Assembly: GCA_965215125.1 (NCBI GenBank)
Contig: OZ244052.1
Span: forward strand, 256,001-320,000
Source of the DNA: an uncultured candidatus Porisulfidus sp.
GTDB lineage: Bacteria > Pseudomonadota > Gammaproteobacteria > Poriferisulfidales > Oxydemutatoraceae
Length of the DNA stretch: 64,000 bases
Direction: 5' to 3'
In this document: in pieces, positions 9,954-19,926 of the stretch
How positions within the stretch are numbered: position 1 is the stretch's first letter
Layout of the letters: every line of letters starts with the position of its first letter
The notes under the pieces: generated by a model
Database searches by the model: none
Seen by the model: only the letters and a program-made list of their open reading frames with translations
Told to the model about the DNA's origin: nothing
Translations under genes and position numbers: made by a program

Positions 9954-10980
9954 CGTTCGCTGCCTCTGCTCGGCTGACTTCGATCAATCCCTGTAGTTTG
10001 TCCGAGGCTTGCCCTGAGCGCATCGTGCGCATCGCCGTCTCGGCACCCTCTTTGACATCGGATGCCAGTTGCGCAATATAAAGTGCCGCACCGACATTCA
10101 TCGCAATCGCCTGTGAGGCGGGTGTATTGCCTTCAAGTGCGGCTTTGAGCATTTGTAAGCTATGTTGCGGCGATCTAGTTTGTATCGCCGATAGCACTAC
10201 GGGACTGTAAGCAAAGTCTTCGGGGGTCAGTGTGTATCGTCGGGTTTTGCCGTCGGTGATTTCTACGATATGTGTCGGTGATGCAGGACTTATTTCGTCC
10301 AAACCGTCCTCCGAATGTACTACCATCACTCGCTTAACATCTAGTGCAACCGCTGCTTGTGCCATCGGTTCAAGCCAAGCGCGGTCAAATACTCCGATTA
10401 CCCGATACGGTGCGCGTGCCGGATTGGTCAGCGGACCTAAAAGATTGAACACGGTACGCACACCGAGCGATTTGCGGATGCCGACAACATGGCGCATCGC
10501 CGGGTGAAAGTTAGGGGCAAACAAAAAACCTATGCCGACTTTTTCTATACACGCACGCACCGCATCGGTGGATAAATCAATGCGTACTCCTGCCAATTCC
10601 AGACAATCGGCACTACCGCAATGGCTTGAAACCGAACGGTTGCCGTGCTTGGCTACAACCGCGCCGGCGGCTGCGGCAACCAATGCCGAACCGGTGGAGA
10701 CATTAAAAGTCGTAGCACCGTCGCCGCCGGTACCGCAAGTATCCAGTAGGTGGTCGGCTTGGATGTCCAGTGTTATCGCAAAGTCAAGCATCGTTCGGGC
10801 GGCGATCGTCAGTTCCTCTATCGACTCGCCCTTGGCGCGCAGCGCAACCAGCAAAGCACCGGCTTGAACGGCATCCATCTCTCCGCGCATCAATGTCTCC
10901 ATCACACCTCTCATTTCTTCCGGCGATAGGCTACAACCGCCGACAAGTTTATCTATCAGCTTGTTAAATTGCATCTTCAA
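9946..10980 (-). CDS. trpD: Anthranilate phosphoribosyltransferase
   Basis: [35 protein letters not shown]. Confidence 0.96.
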   Translation of the reverse strand: MKMQFNKLIDKLVGGCSLSPEEMRGVMETLMRGEMDAVQAGALLVALRAKGESIEELTIAARTMLDFAITLDIQADHLLDTCGTGGDGATTFNVSTGSALVAAAAGAVVAKHGNRSVSSHCGSADCLELAGVRIDLSTDAVRACIEKVGIGFLFAPNFHPAMRHVVGIRKSLGVRTVFNLLGPLTNPARAPYRVIGVFDRAWLEPMAQAAVALDVKRVMVVHSEDGLDEISPASPTHIVEITDGKTRRYTLTPEDFAYSPVVLSAIQTRSPQHSLQMLKAALEGNTPASQAIAMNVGAALYIAQLASDVKEGAETAMRTMRSGQASDKLQGLIEVSRAEAANDA

Positions 10981-11548
10981 GAAAGTTTTTCAGTAATTTG
11001 TGACCGTATTCGGTCAATATAGATTCCGGATGAAACTGCACACCCACCGTCGGATAACTACGATGGCGTATCCCCATAATCTCTTCTCGTTGATGATCGT
11101 CTAATTCGGTCCACGCAGTCATCTCCAAACATTCGGGCAAAGACTCCGCTTCAATCACCAACGAGTGATATCGGGTTGCCTGAAAAGGGCTGTCTATACC
11201 GGTGAACAGACCTATTCCGGTATGATGAATCTCCGAAGTTTTACCGTGCATGATACGCTTCGCATGGCTTATGGTGCCACCGAAAGCCTGACCGATCGCC
11301 TGATGACCTAAACAGACCCCGAGTATAGGAATGTGTTCTGCAAAATGTTCTATCACCGCAAGCGATATACCTGCGGAGTCGGGCGTGCCGGGTCCGGGAG
11401 AGATTAAAATCCGCTGCGGCTTGATGTCGTCGATCGCATCGGTGTCTATGCTATCGTTGCGCACAACCCTAGTCTCCACACCCAGTTCCCCTAGATACTG
11501 CACCAAGTTATAAGTGAAGGAATCGTAATTGTCTATAACCAGTATCAT
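10964..11548 (-). CDS. trpG: Anthranilate synthase component II (glutamine amidotransferase)
   Basis: [30 protein letters not shown]; lies between trpE and trpD. Confidence 0.93.
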   Translation of the reverse strand: MILVIDNYDSFTYNLVQYLGELGVETRVVRNDSIDTDAIDDIKPQRILISPGPGTPDSAGISLAVIEHFAEHIPILGVCLGHQAIGQAFGGTISHAKRIMHGKTSEIHHTGIGLFTGIDSPFQATRYHSLVIEAESLPECLEMTAWTELDDHQREEIMGIRHRSYPTVGVQFHPESILTEYGHKLLKNFLEDAI

Positions 11549-11561
11549 CTCTCAACTATCC

Positions 11562-13034
11562 TCAAACAAAATCTTTTGCCGTTTGTGCGGCAGCGAATAA
11601 TACATTCGCTTTGTTCATCGTCTCCATCCATTCTTTATCGGGTTCGGAATCGTAGACCAAACCGGCACCCGTCTGCACGAATAATGTCTGCTCCTTGATG
11701 ACCGCAGTGCGTATCGCAATCGCAGTATCCATAATGCCGTTCCAACCTATATAACCGACCGCCCCCGAATAGATATTGCGCTTGATCGGTTCCAGTTCGG
11801 CAATGATCTCCATCGCCCGCACTTTGGGCGCACCCGAGACGGTGCCGGCGGGGAAAGTTGCCCGCAATACTTCTATGGCACCGATATCTTGCTTCGCTGT
11901 GCCGACGACATTGGAGACGATGTGCATAACATGCGAGTAGCGTTCTATCAACATCTGCTCGGTTACCTTCACACTCCCCGCCCTCGATACGCGCCCGATG
12001 TCGTTGCGCCCTAGGTCTATCAACATCAGATGTTCGGCAAGCTCTTTGGTATCCGATAACAATTCTTTTTCCAACCGCAAGTCTTCGGCATCGGTCTCGC
12101 CTCGGCGACGGGTGCCGGCAATCGGTCTCACGGTGAGGCAGTCGGCCTCTTTGCGCACTAAAATCTCCGGCGAAGAACCCGCTATTTTGAAATCATCAAA
12201 ATCAAAATAAAACATATAGGGCGAAGGGTTCAACCTTCTTAACGCACGATACAGATTGAACGCATCGCATTCAAAAGGTGCTTGCATGCGCTGTGATAAA
12301 ACGATTTGCATCGCCTCGCCGTCAATAATATAACGGCGACATTGTTCTACGGCATCCATATAGGCACTTCGCTCGAAACCGAAAGCGAAGCTATCTTTAT
12401 CCGGCACCTTAATCGTTGTGGACGGCGGATGTTTAAGCGGTTCATGCAACCGAGTCTCTAATTGTGCCAAAGCATCTACCGCGTGTTGATAGCCGTCGGT
12501 CTTCGACGCATCGGCATAGACTATCAACGACAATGTGCCTCTTAAGTTATCAATCACTGCAATCTGCATAGACACCAATAGCAATATGTCGGGCGTGCCG
12601 AGTTCATCGGTCTTGTTGTTATGCCCTAACTTGGGCTCTATATAGCACACCGTTTCATAACCGAAATAACCGACCAAGCCGCCGCAAAAACGCGGCAACG
12701 ACTCTACCTTTGCAATTTTGAAACTAGCGAGATAATCGTCTATCCACGCCAACGGATCGGACACCGTTTGTTGGGAACTCAGGCACCCGTCCTCGTATAA
12801 ACTGACGGTGAAATCGTTCACGCAAATATAATTATTACAGCTGGTTCCGATGATTGAATACCGCCCCCAATAGCGACCTTCGCTTGCAGACTCAAGCAAA
12901 TAACTATTGGGGTCGTTTGCCAGCTTTAGATAAACACCGACCGGAGTGTCCAAGTCCGTGGGCAGTTCTCGCAGCAAAGGAATATGAGTGTAACCTTGTG
13001 CTGCCAGCTGCTCGTATTCGCTACGGCTAATCAT
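11562..13034 (-). CDS. trpE: Anthranilate synthase component I
   Basis: [46 protein letters not shown]. Confidence 0.96.
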   Translation of the reverse strand: MISRSEYEQLAAQGYTHIPLLRELPTDLDTPVGVYLKLANDPNSYLLESASEGRYWGRYSIIGTSCNNYICVNDFTVSLYEDGCLSSQQTVSDPLAWIDDYLASFKIAKVESLPRFCGGLVGYFGYETVCYIEPKLGHNNKTDELGTPDILLLVSMQIAVIDNLRGTLSLIVYADASKTDGYQHAVDALAQLETRLHEPLKHPPSTTIKVPDKDSFAFGFERSAYMDAVEQCRRYIIDGEAMQIVLSQRMQAPFECDAFNLYRALRRLNPSPYMFYFDFDDFKIAGSSPEILVRKEADCLTVRPIAGTRRRGETDAEDLRLEKELLSDTKELAEHLMLIDLGRNDIGRVSRAGSVKVTEQMLIERYSHVMHIVSNVVGTAKQDIGAIEVLRATFPAGTVSGAPKVRAMEIIAELEPIKRNIYSGAVGYIGWNGIMDTAIAIRTAVIKEQTLFVQTGAGLVYDSEPDKEWMETMNKANVLFAAAQTAKDFV

Positions 13035-13708
13035 TGCATTTTATCGGCGTTGTTTATGCGGTCGCGCATCTCGGCAATCGTGCGCCGGTAATCGTCGCTA
13101 CCGAATATCGCAGAACCGGCAACAAAGGTGTCGGCACCCGCAGCCTTCACTTCGGCAATGTTCCCTGTTTTAATGCCACCGTCCACCTCCAGCCGTATTG
13201 ATGTTGCGTGCCGATCCAGAAGTTCACGAGTTTGCCTGACCTTGTCTAAAGTCGAAGGAATGAATTGCTGGGCGGCTCGCCCCGGCACGACCGACATCAG
13301 TAGAACCATATCCACCCGATCAATGACTCGCTCCAGCCCGTCTATCGAAATATCGGGACTGAACACCAACCCGCTCTTGCAACCCTGCTCTCGAATCAAC
13401 TGCAAACTCCGCTCGCTATCCTCACTCGCTTCACCGTGAAAACTGATGTAATCGGCACCCGCTTCGGCAAAATCCACGATAAGCCGATCCACCGGCTGCA
13501 CCATCAAATGCACATCAATCGGCGCGGTAATACCGTAATCACGCAATGACTTACAAACCATCGGTCCGAAAGTTAGATTAGGCACATAGTGGTTGTCCAT
13601 CACATCAAAGTGAATCATATCGGCACCCGCCTCAAGCACCGCGACAACATCCGCGCCCAATCGCGCAAAATCGGCGGATAGTATGGATGGACAAATTAAA
13701 TCCTTCAT
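13031..13708 (-). CDS. rpe: Ribulose-phosphate 3-epimerase
   Basis: [35 protein letters not shown]. Confidence 0.96.
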   Translation of the reverse strand: MKDLICPSILSADFARLGADVVAVLEAGADMIHFDVMDNHYVPNLTFGPMVCKSLRDYGITAPIDVHLMVQPVDRLIVDFAEAGADYISFHGEASEDSERSLQLIREQGCKSGLVFSPDISIDGLERVIDRVDMVLLMSVVPGRAAQQFIPSTLDKVRQTRELLDRHATSIRLEVDGGIKTGNIAEVKAAGADTFVAGSAIFGSDDYRRTIAEMRDRINNADKMQ

Positions 13709-13801
13709 TTGCTTTAACTATTTTTACTAGATACCTCTGAGAGAAACCGGTGAGGTTGCTATTATGACATATCGGAGGCAAACATCACTAGGTGGCGCAC
13801 C

Positions 13802-13936
13802 ATTCCCTTCCTTCGGAGGGGTGGCCTATGCATTTTGCAATGCACGCGTTTAGCAGTCATGTTGAGGTTCTGAACAAAGTCACGCCGATTGACCTACCGG
13901 TTCAATCGGCGGTTCTATTCAGCCTGACGGGGTGGT
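13802..13936. repeat. Composite repeat (REP split by the ~95-bp hairpin element); inverted copy at 28441-28575
   Basis: Near-identical reverse complement of 28441-28575; the spurious ORFs 13792..14079 and 28382..28564 share the same translation. Confidence 0.9.
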
Positions 13937-14151
13937 CGCGTCTTATCTGCACCACCGCAACTACTCGCGCCACTGATTACGCAAACCACCATTCCCCTCT
14001 AGAGAAGAAAAATAATCCGCTCCAAGACACACTATTTCCCAACACCTCATACCATTTATCGGATATTTACTACTGTTAATCCAGTTGTCTCCAGACACTC
14101 CAAATATTCGCCCAAACTATGGGTTTTTAACTAAAACTTAACGGAGATCTC

Positions 14152-15132
14152 ATGGCTAAAAAAACTCAACTTAAATACTTAGAACTAACAAAAGACATTG
14201 TCTTCAAACGATACTTTACCAGCAACAAACGATTACTGCTCTCGCTCATTAAGAGCTTCTTGCCGATCTCCGACAATGTCTCGGATGTCGTCGTCCTAAA
14301 CACCCCAAAAAACAAAACTGCTGCCAACGCTGCAAAAGCAGCCGAACAACAGCAACAGAAATCAGGTGATAAACTACGGTTCAAAGATACCTCCATCCCA
14401 CCACACAAACCACACGGCAAACAAGTCGTCCTCGATCTCAGTGTCAAATTAAGTGGCGGAGAAAATGTCCACATAGAAATGCAAGTCGCTTTCAAAGAAA
14501 ACTTCCTACTGAGAATGCTCACTTATTGGGCTATGCTGCTTACTCAAGACCTAGACCGTGGCGATGACTATTCAGCCCTCAACCCGACCTACTCGTTGGG
14601 ATTTACCCGGTTCACGGTATTCAAGGGAAAGCAAAACTTTATCAGTGGCATAGGATTTGCCGACCGTGAAGAGCTAGAATACCATTTTAATATCGGTGCG
14701 AAGATTGTCATAGTGGAATTGAATAAGTTCAAGAAGAGCTACCGCAACCTTGTTGATATGAAGGATAGGTGGTGCTATATTATTAAGCACTCGGCGGAAT
14801 TGACCCTCGAGCAAGTAGCGTATTTATCACAAGACGGAGAGACGAAGATGGCATTAGAACATTTAGAGGAAATATCAAAAGACGAGGAATTAGACTGGGA
14901 GACTATGGATCGCAGGAAGTATGAGATAGGGATTCAGTTGGAAAGGCGCGGTGCGTTAAAGAGAGGTTTGGCAAAAGGTCGGATCGAAGGCCTGGAGGAA
15001 GGACGAGTTCAAGGCCTGGAGGCAGGGCAACGAGAAATCGCTTTGAATATGTTGCAAAAGGATCTGGAGGTTTCGCTAATTTCCGAAGTCACAGGTTTAT
15101 CTGTCATCAAGATCGAACAGCTAAAAAGATAG
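14152..15132 (+). CDS. Rpn-family PD-(D/E)XK nuclease / putative transposase
   Basis: KDIVFKRYF, LDL...IEMQ, IVELNKF, W.Y.IK, C-terminal GxxEG repeats and IALNML...VTGLS HTH; RBS GGAGA. Confidence 0.9.
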   Translation: MAKKTQLKYLELTKDIVFKRYFTSNKRLLLSLIKSFLPISDNVSDVVVLNTPKNKTAANAAKAAEQQQQKSGDKLRFKDTSIPPHKPHGKQVVLDLSVKLSGGENVHIEMQVAFKENFLLRMLTYWAMLLTQDLDRGDDYSALNPTYSLGFTRFTVFKGKQNFISGIGFADREELEYHFNIGAKIVIVELNKFKKSYRNLVDMKDRWCYIIKHSAELTLEQVAYLSQDGETKMALEHLEEISKDEELDWETMDRRKYEIGIQLERRGALKRGLAKGRIEGLEEGRVQGLEAGQREIALNMLQKDLEVSLISEVTGLSVIKIEQLKR

Positions 15133-15345
15133 ACCGCCGTTTGTTGCGATGGCACAAACGGCGTGACGTTATGCAGAACCTTAGCGTGGGAATGTAGGTC
15201 GGACAAGCTAAGGCTTGTCCTCACGGATGCAGAGCAGTGAAATTGTGCAAATCCGTACTATGCATGATACGGTGATTGTTTAATTTTCGATCTTTTCACA
15301 AGACAAATGACCGCCGATTGAGCCGGTAGGTCAATCGCCGATTCT
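15133..15345. repeat. Hairpin-element variants and a GTAG-type REP
   Basis: CGCCGTTTGT-N9-ACAAACGGCG, GTAGGTCGGACAAGCTAAGGCTTGTCC (reverse copy at ~32960-33000), and CCGATTGAGCCGGTAGGTCAATCG. Confidence 0.75.
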
Positions 15346-15510
15346 ACCTTCAGTAGCCCTACCTAATTCCGCAATAAAAATCGGCGTATGGGTTATAACA
15401 GGTTCCGTCCGCATGGTGCATTGGGGTATTAAATCCCCGATGCATCTTTGGCGGCGGCAGTAGAAAACCCCACTTCGGGTGTATCACCAAAACAAGATAA
15501 AATCAGTACT

Positions 15511-15774
15511 ATGGCACAACATATTTCAATCATAAATTCAAAGCGCAAAAGCCTGCAAAAAATCGCAAAAAGTTTTTTTGAAAAAACCTCACGAGGGATT
15601 GAGGCAATTTCCGGGTCACTGAAATTTGAAGAGTTACCATACAAAAAATATAAGATAACTTTTCATGACAGAGTTTTTTTAACCGAACGAAATATGAACG
15701 GGAAAAAAGAAAAATTTGAACTACACTACGATACGGAAGCTGAAAAAATATTAGATGTATTTCTTGTGAAATAA
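15511..15774 (+). CDS. Small basic hypothetical protein
   Basis: 87-aa ORF from ATG 15511 with island-like AT-rich composition; no recognisable motif. Confidence 0.5.
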   Translation: MAQHISIINSKRKSLQKIAKSFFEKTSRGIEAISGSLKFEELPYKKYKITFHDRVFLTERNMNGKKEKFELHYDTEAEKILDVFLVK

Positions 15775-15993
15775 ATCTTTAACTTGCCCCATTTTCAGAA
15801 CTAGAACTTAAATGAGATCTTTATTATGAGTCACTTCCACGACCGATTCTGAAAACCTTAAATGAGTTAGATTTCCAAGATCGCGCTCCAATGTCGGCTG
15901 GTTTTCCGGTAGTTAGCGTGAGATCATATAGACTTTCGGCATTTGCTTTTGCAGTCTGATATAATGCCTCTTAAGCAACCCCATCTAGCTAAA

Positions 15994-16377
15994 ATGAAAT
16001 TGTCGATTCAAATTATTCTAGTAATTGGTGTAGTTATAATAGCTACAGCATTAGTAGTAATAATATGGTTCTTTTCTTTCGTTTGGGAAAACAATTATGG
16101 TGAAAGGACGATTTTAATTGATTCTATATCCGCTCAGTTGACTATATTTGAGATATTAGTTGCATTCGCAGGTATTGGAGCGGCAATATTGGGATTTTTC
16201 GGATATCAAAACCTCAAAAAGGCTATAACAAGCGAAGTTATAGAATCTATCAACGATATTGTTAGTACAAGGGTGAACTCAATATTAAACGAAAAGGATT
16301 ATGACTCAACCAGCCATAAAACTGATACCTCCACAATAGAAACATCTTCAAAGGATAAATCTCAAGAAAATGTCTGA
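15994..16377 (+). CDS. Membrane protein with two TM segments
   Basis: Two hydrophobic stretches (IILVIGVVIIATALVVIIWFF; ILVAFAGIGAAILGFFGY); overlaps the downstream peptidase start by 8 bp. Start uncertain. Confidence 0.7.
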   Translation: MKLSIQIILVIGVVIIATALVVIIWFFSFVWENNYGERTILIDSISAQLTIFEILVAFAGIGAAILGFFGYQNLKKAITSEVIESINDIVSTRVNSILNEKDYDSTSHKTDTSTIETSSKDKSQENV

Positions 16378-16858
16378 AATAACTAAAAATAGAGAGTTGG
16401 TATTGAATATCATAGATGAGAAAACCAAACCGCCGGTTTTAGTGGTGCCTATTGCCGATAGACTGGGAATAGAAGTCTACAATGTACGAGGATGGAGCGA
16501 TAAGTTATCAGGGATGATAAGAAGAGATACAGAGGATGGCGGGAAAAGTGGTTATGCTATCTATGTAAATGCCAGACATGCTGAAACAAGACGACGGTTC
16601 ACCATTGCTCATGAAATAGCTCATTATGTATTACACAAAAATCTGATACGGGACGGAATAGTGGACGATACTCTATATCGTAGTGGATTGAGCAACCTTA
16701 TTGAAACGGAAGCCAACAGATTCGCCGCAGAGATTTTAATGCCTACACATTTGATTAGAGCAGCAATTAGAAAAGAATCCTCTATATCAAAATTAGCCGA
16801 GCAGTTTAAGGTGTCAAGCGAGGCAATGGCTATTCGGTTGCAAGTGCCTGAGAAGTAG
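16370..16858 (+). CDS. ImmA/IrrE-family zinc metallopeptidase
   Basis: RRRFTIAHEIAH (HExxH), ETEANRFAAEILMP, LAEQFKVS. Confidence 0.92.
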   Translation: MSEITKNRELVLNIIDEKTKPPVLVVPIADRLGIEVYNVRGWSDKLSGMIRRDTEDGGKSGYAIYVNARHAETRRRFTIAHEIAHYVLHKNLIRDGIVDDTLYRSGLSNLIETEANRFAAEILMPTHLIRAAIRKESSISKLAEQFKVSSEAMAIRLQVPEK

Positions 16859-16869
16859 CCTTAAGAAAG

Positions 16870-19800
16870 TTATTGTTGGGCTACAAGTTCCATTAGTTTA
16901 TCAAAGCTGTTAACCGTATCGTACTTTATTTTATCCGGGTCTATTTTTTCATTAAGGGCTTCAAAAAATTTTCTGGCACATTTAATTTTTTCCTTTTCAA
17001 TTTCTCTCAGTTGCATAGATGACATAGAGCCTTTTATCTCGGCAACAAAATAGATGTGCTTGACGGAATTTTTATAAAAGCAGATAGCCCAATCCGGGTT
17101 ATAGCTTCCTACAGGCGTGGGAATATAAAATCCTCTCGGTAATTTCGCATATACTTCAATCTGTTTGGCGCGTTCAAGGTTGTCTACAAACTCCCGTTCT
17201 ACATTAGAATCAGTGGCAACATAATCGTAAATGTGTTTTTTTAATTTTTTCTCTGTTTTGCTAAAGAATTGGTGGCTTTCGGCATCCGTAAATATCTCTG
17301 TTGTATAGGTTTCGGCAATCGGATTATAAGTTAAATGCTCAATCATCATCGTTGCTTTTTGTTCGTTTATCAAGGTGATGAATTTTGAAATAAATGCCTC
17401 CGGATTTTTTTTGAATTGTGCAAAGGTTTCTTCTTTAATTTTTGTGAGAATGCTCGCTACCGTCTTTCTCTTAAGACCCGTCCCTTCGGTTATTTTGCCG
17501 ATTAAGTCATATTTTACTTCGGGATGAATAGTTTGGGTTTCGGTTTCATAACGTATTTCCGTCTTGTCAAAAATCCGACCCGCCAACACTTCTTCATCTT
17601 CAAGGTTGTCTCTCTGTTCCCCGGTTGTTTTGGCATATTGAAGAGTAGGCACCGTGAATTCTTTCTCTTCCAACTTATTTAATACTTTTTCTATCAATTC
17701 GGAACTGTCAAACTTCACACCATATAGAGCTTTTTTATTGATACGCTTCCATAATTCTTTGAATGCTTTTGTCTTGAAGTTGTCATTTAAGATATTCTCT
17801 TTTTTGTCTCTATCATTTTCGGCGCCCGGTATATTTTTATCGGAAACCACGCCGGCAATGAGTTCTAATATCTGCTTTTCATATTTTTTGAGTGACTCCG
17901 GCACTTCCGCTAGGCGATCATTTTCCAAGTCCTCAAAATACTTATCCGTAATATGATCGTTATCATCTACATAGTCATTTTTTATTAAGTATCTCCTATG
18001 AATCTCTGTTGCCATCTGATCCTTTATTTCGATATCTTCCTCGCCTTCGCCGGTTTTTATTAATTTACCTCTAAAATAACTTTCGTTGGCTTTTCTAGGT
18101 CTGCCCGAAAGCGCATCTTTGATTTCACTTTGCAATGCGGAGACAAAATCCTCATAACTCTCGTTTGCGATAACGGTTAGGATATTGATTTCGTGCACGG
18201 TATGCTTATCATCTTGTCTTTCTCCTCGTTGATTAACGGCAATACGAAGACCGCGTCCTACTTCCTGTCTTCTCGGGATGGCATTATCACCGCCGCCATA
18301 CTTTAAGGGGCAAATGACAAAAACATTCGGATTATCCCAGCCTTCCCTTAAAGCCGAGTGAGAAAAAATAAAGCGAGTCGGCTCTTCAAAGGAAAGTAAC
18401 CTTTCCTTGTCTTTTAGGATCAGGTCATAGGCGTTTGTATCATCACTTTCATCATTGGTTCTCCCAGTAGCCGGATCAACTAGTTTTTTTGTCTTTTTAT
18501 CTACAGCAAAATATCCGTTATGCGTTTTAGAGGTTTCTATTGTTTCAAGATAATGTTTATAGCTTTTATCGGCTTTCTTTTTTACTTCCTTAAGATGAGT
18601 GATATATTCCTCTTCAAAAATCTTAGCGTATTCGCCATTCTCTTTTTCCCCGGTATCCGAGTATTTTCGGTAATTTGAAACCTTATCTATAAAAAACAAA
18701 GTTAAAACTTTGATGCCCTTATGAAATAATTGTTTTTCTTTGTCAAAATGCGCCTGAATAGCTTCTCGTATTTGGATTCTTCTAATAGATAATTCGTTAA
18801 TATTTCCTTGAACCTCGCCTACTTCAATTTTTATCCCGTTTGTAAAACTTACTTCCTTAACTTTGTTAGTTCTTGCATCAATTTCGGAGACAACGAAATC
18901 CTTATATTGATCCAACTTGGAAATATCATGTAGATTGTCTCCTTTTTTTATTTTCCTCATGATCTTTTTAATGCCACTTTTTTGCTTTATCTCAATTTCC
19001 ATTCTTGCGACAGGTGCGGAGGTTGAAATCTCTATAGACCGTAAATAGAGGTAGGCGTTGGTTCCGGAAAGCCCTATTTCTTTAATCCCTCTGACCGATA
19101 TTTTTTTGACAAGTTTTTCCTTATAGGCATCAATGGCATCTAAACGGTGAACCTTGTTATGATTTGTCTTGTGTGTTGCCGAATACCGCAAAATCATTAA
19201 GGGATCAAAATTTTTCAGAGACTCAAGTGTTGTTTTACCCTCCATTTTCTGGGGTTCATCCAATATAAGAATGGGTTTATTTACCTTTATAACATCAATA
19301 GGTTTTCTACTTTGGAAGTCATCCAATTCTTCATAAATTCTTCTATTGTCTCTCCCTGTAGAATTGAAGGCTTGTATGTTGATTACCATGATGTTTATAC
19401 CGGCATCGGATGAAAAATTTTCTAATTCATGAAGTTGCCTTGAGTTATAAATAAAGGACTTGGCTTTTTTGCCATAAGATTCTAGAAAATGTTCTGCGGT
19501 GATTTGTAACGATTTATATACCCCTTCTCTTATTGCAATGCTCGGGACGACGATAATAAATTTAGACCAGCCGTATCTTTTATTCATCTCAAAAATCGTT
19601 TTTATGTAGCAATAGGTTTTCCCTGTTCCGGTTTCCATTTCAATGTCTAGGTTGAACGGCGAAATGTTACTTTCCACCAAAGATTTATCAACAGCTAAGT
19701 TTTGCGAATGTTGGATTTTCTTAATGTTCCGAAGGACCTGCTCTTTTGGTAACTTTATGTCTTTATTCCTGAATCCTGTATGTTCAAGGCGGAGGTCGGT

Positions 19801-19917
19801 CTCTCCCGGATCTATTCTGTAATCCAGCATTTCAGCTTCAGGCTGACCCTTAAAACAATTGACCACAGCTTCCACCGCTTTGGTTTGAAAATCTTGTATC
19901 TTAAATCTGAGTTTCAT
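16870..19917 (-). CDS. res: Type III restriction enzyme, Res subunit
   Basis: EMETGTGKT, ILDEPQ, LRYSATH, FSHSALREGWDNPNVF, QEVGRGLR, YNPDWAI...VAEIKG. Confidence 0.93.
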   Translation of the reverse strand: MKLRFKIQDFQTKAVEAVVNCFKGQPEAEMLDYRIDPGETDLRLEHTGFRNKDIKLPKEQVLRNIKKIQHSQNLAVDKSLVESNISPFNLDIEMETGTGKTYCYIKTIFEMNKRYGWSKFIIVVPSIAIREGVYKSLQITAEHFLESYGKKAKSFIYNSRQLHELENFSSDAGINIMVINIQAFNSTGRDNRRIYEELDDFQSRKPIDVIKVNKPILILDEPQKMEGKTTLESLKNFDPLMILRYSATHKTNHNKVHRLDAIDAYKEKLVKKISVRGIKEIGLSGTNAYLYLRSIEISTSAPVARMEIEIKQKSGIKKIMRKIKKGDNLHDISKLDQYKDFVVSEIDARTNKVKEVSFTNGIKIEVGEVQGNINELSIRRIQIREAIQAHFDKEKQLFHKGIKVLTLFFIDKVSNYRKYSDTGEKENGEYAKIFEEEYITHLKEVKKKADKSYKHYLETIETSKTHNGYFAVDKKTKKLVDPATGRTNDESDDTNAYDLILKDKERLLSFEEPTRFIFSHSALREGWDNPNVFVICPLKYGGGDNAIPRRQEVGRGLRIAVNQRGERQDDKHTVHEINILTVIANESYEDFVSALQSEIKDALSGRPRKANESYFRGKLIKTGEGEEDIEIKDQMATEIHRRYLIKNDYVDDNDHITDKYFEDLENDRLAEVPESLKKYEKQILELIAGVVSDKNIPGAENDRDKKENILNDNFKTKAFKELWKRINKKALYGVKFDSSELIEKVLNKLEEKEFTVPTLQYAKTTGEQRDNLEDEEVLAGRIFDKTEIRYETETQTIHPEVKYDLIGKITEGTGLKRKTVASILTKIKEETFAQFKKNPEAFISKFITLINEQKATMMIEHLTYNPIAETYTTEIFTDAESHQFFSKTEKKLKKHIYDYVATDSNVEREFVDNLERAKQIEVYAKLPRGFYIPTPVGSYNPDWAICFYKNSVKHIYFVAEIKGSMSSMQLREIEKEKIKCARKFFEALNEKIDPDKIKYDTVNSFDKLMELVAQQ

Positions 19918-19926
19918 TTCAACCCA

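Noticed and set aside
13792-14079. ORFs in repeat regions (also 28382-28564, 32725-32952, 40104-40352, 44436-44835)
   Set aside because: These are translations of REP/MITE sequence recurring in several frames, with no evidence of being coding.
15779-15870. Weak inverted repeat, similar to 2443-2466, possibly an IS-end remnant
   Set aside because: Too degenerate to assign boundaries or a family by eye.
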